36,861 nucleotides of DNA, taken from contig JASJQH010000056.1 of NCBI GenBank assembly GCA_040143965.1, positions 1 to 36,861 on the forward strand, in the 5' to 3' direction. Below, piece by piece: positions 36,340 to 36,861 of the stretch. The notes below the pieces were generated by a model. That model was not told where the DNA came from and made no database searches. It saw nothing but the letters and a program-made list of their open reading frames with translations. This stretch comes from Basidiobolus ranarum. Lineage: Eukaryota. A program made the translations under genes and the position numbers. The first letter of the stretch is position 1; each line of letters begins with the position of its first letter.

Positions 36340-36861
36340 TATCCTGAAAGAAATTTGAGGATTGTTATTGTAAGACAACTGTCACAATTTTAATCTATTT
36401 TAGATCCACTGTTTAATTGCTGTTATAAAATCATCAAGTTAGATTTAATTTTAATCAACTTTTTCTGTTTTAGGGGTGAAATTACAAGATCTCTTAAAAT
36501 AGTTGCATGTGAGTGGCTATAATCTCACAAAACCATGGTTCAACACATGTGTAAAAAATTTAACTCATATTTTACACATTTACCACTGGAAAGCTAATTT
36601 GTCATCCTTGAAATCCTTAGTGCATTTGATATATTCTCCTAATAGTTTTATAGATTTACCCTAACAGAAATTTGAGGATTGTTATCATAGGAAAACCATC
36701 ATAATTTTAATCCATTTGTGATTGACTGTTTACTTACCATCATAAAATCATCAAGTTAGATTTGATTTTAATCAATTTTTTCAGTTTCAGGAGTGAAATT
36801 TCAAGATCTTGCAAAATAGTTGCAAATAATTGGCTAAAATCTCAGAGAACTATGGATCAAC
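36340..36861 (-). repeat. Diverged direct repeat with ~317-bp period, running off the window end; probably decayed coding sequence
   Basis: AAATTTGAGGATTGTTAT occurs at 36351 and 36668. ATAAAATCATCAAGTTAGATTT.ATTTTAATCAA and AAAATAGTTGCA are repeated colinearly over ~200 bp. Confidence 0.85.

Noticed and set aside
1..36861. CRISPR arrays, tRNA/rRNA genes, prokaryotic defence systems
   Set aside because: No regularly spaced repeat-spacer array, cloverleaf or rRNA signature was seen, and the intron-containing genes show the DNA is eukaryotic.

Overview
This is eukaryotic, most likely fungal, genomic DNA. It is AT-rich and has short GT-AG introns of 61-91 nt. The gene set (7TM-RGS, animal-like CLIP-170, Pho85-type cyclin, LYC1-type GNAT) suggests an early-diverging, non-Dikarya fungus, which is inference. 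Eight protein-coding genes are well supported: a GNAT acetyltransferase (-); a 4-exon CLIP-170/Bik1-type CAP-Gly protein (+) whose C-terminal DETF motif is completed by a 9-nt last coding exon; a 7TM-RGS fusion (-); a four-finger C2H2 factor (+); a 2-TM PY-motif protein (+); a PCL-type cyclin (-); a 4-TM LAPTM-like protein (+); and an MFS sugar porter (-). Long intergenic tracts contain decayed coding remnants. The last ~3.6 kb is a transposon graveyard nearly devoid of CpG. It holds two oppositely oriented 3' ends of one Ty1/copia family, a second TG..CA LTR-like element and a decayed ~317-bp coding tandem repeat. A third, solo copy of the copia LTR and a possible RT remnant lie near 13.6-14.6 kb. 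I found no RNA genes, CRISPR arrays or prokaryote-type systems. I see no clearly new multi-gene system. The best leads are the repeat-restricted C-to-T mutation signature, the CLIP-170 architecture and the 7TM-RGS. All calls come from reading the sequence by eye; no database search was run.
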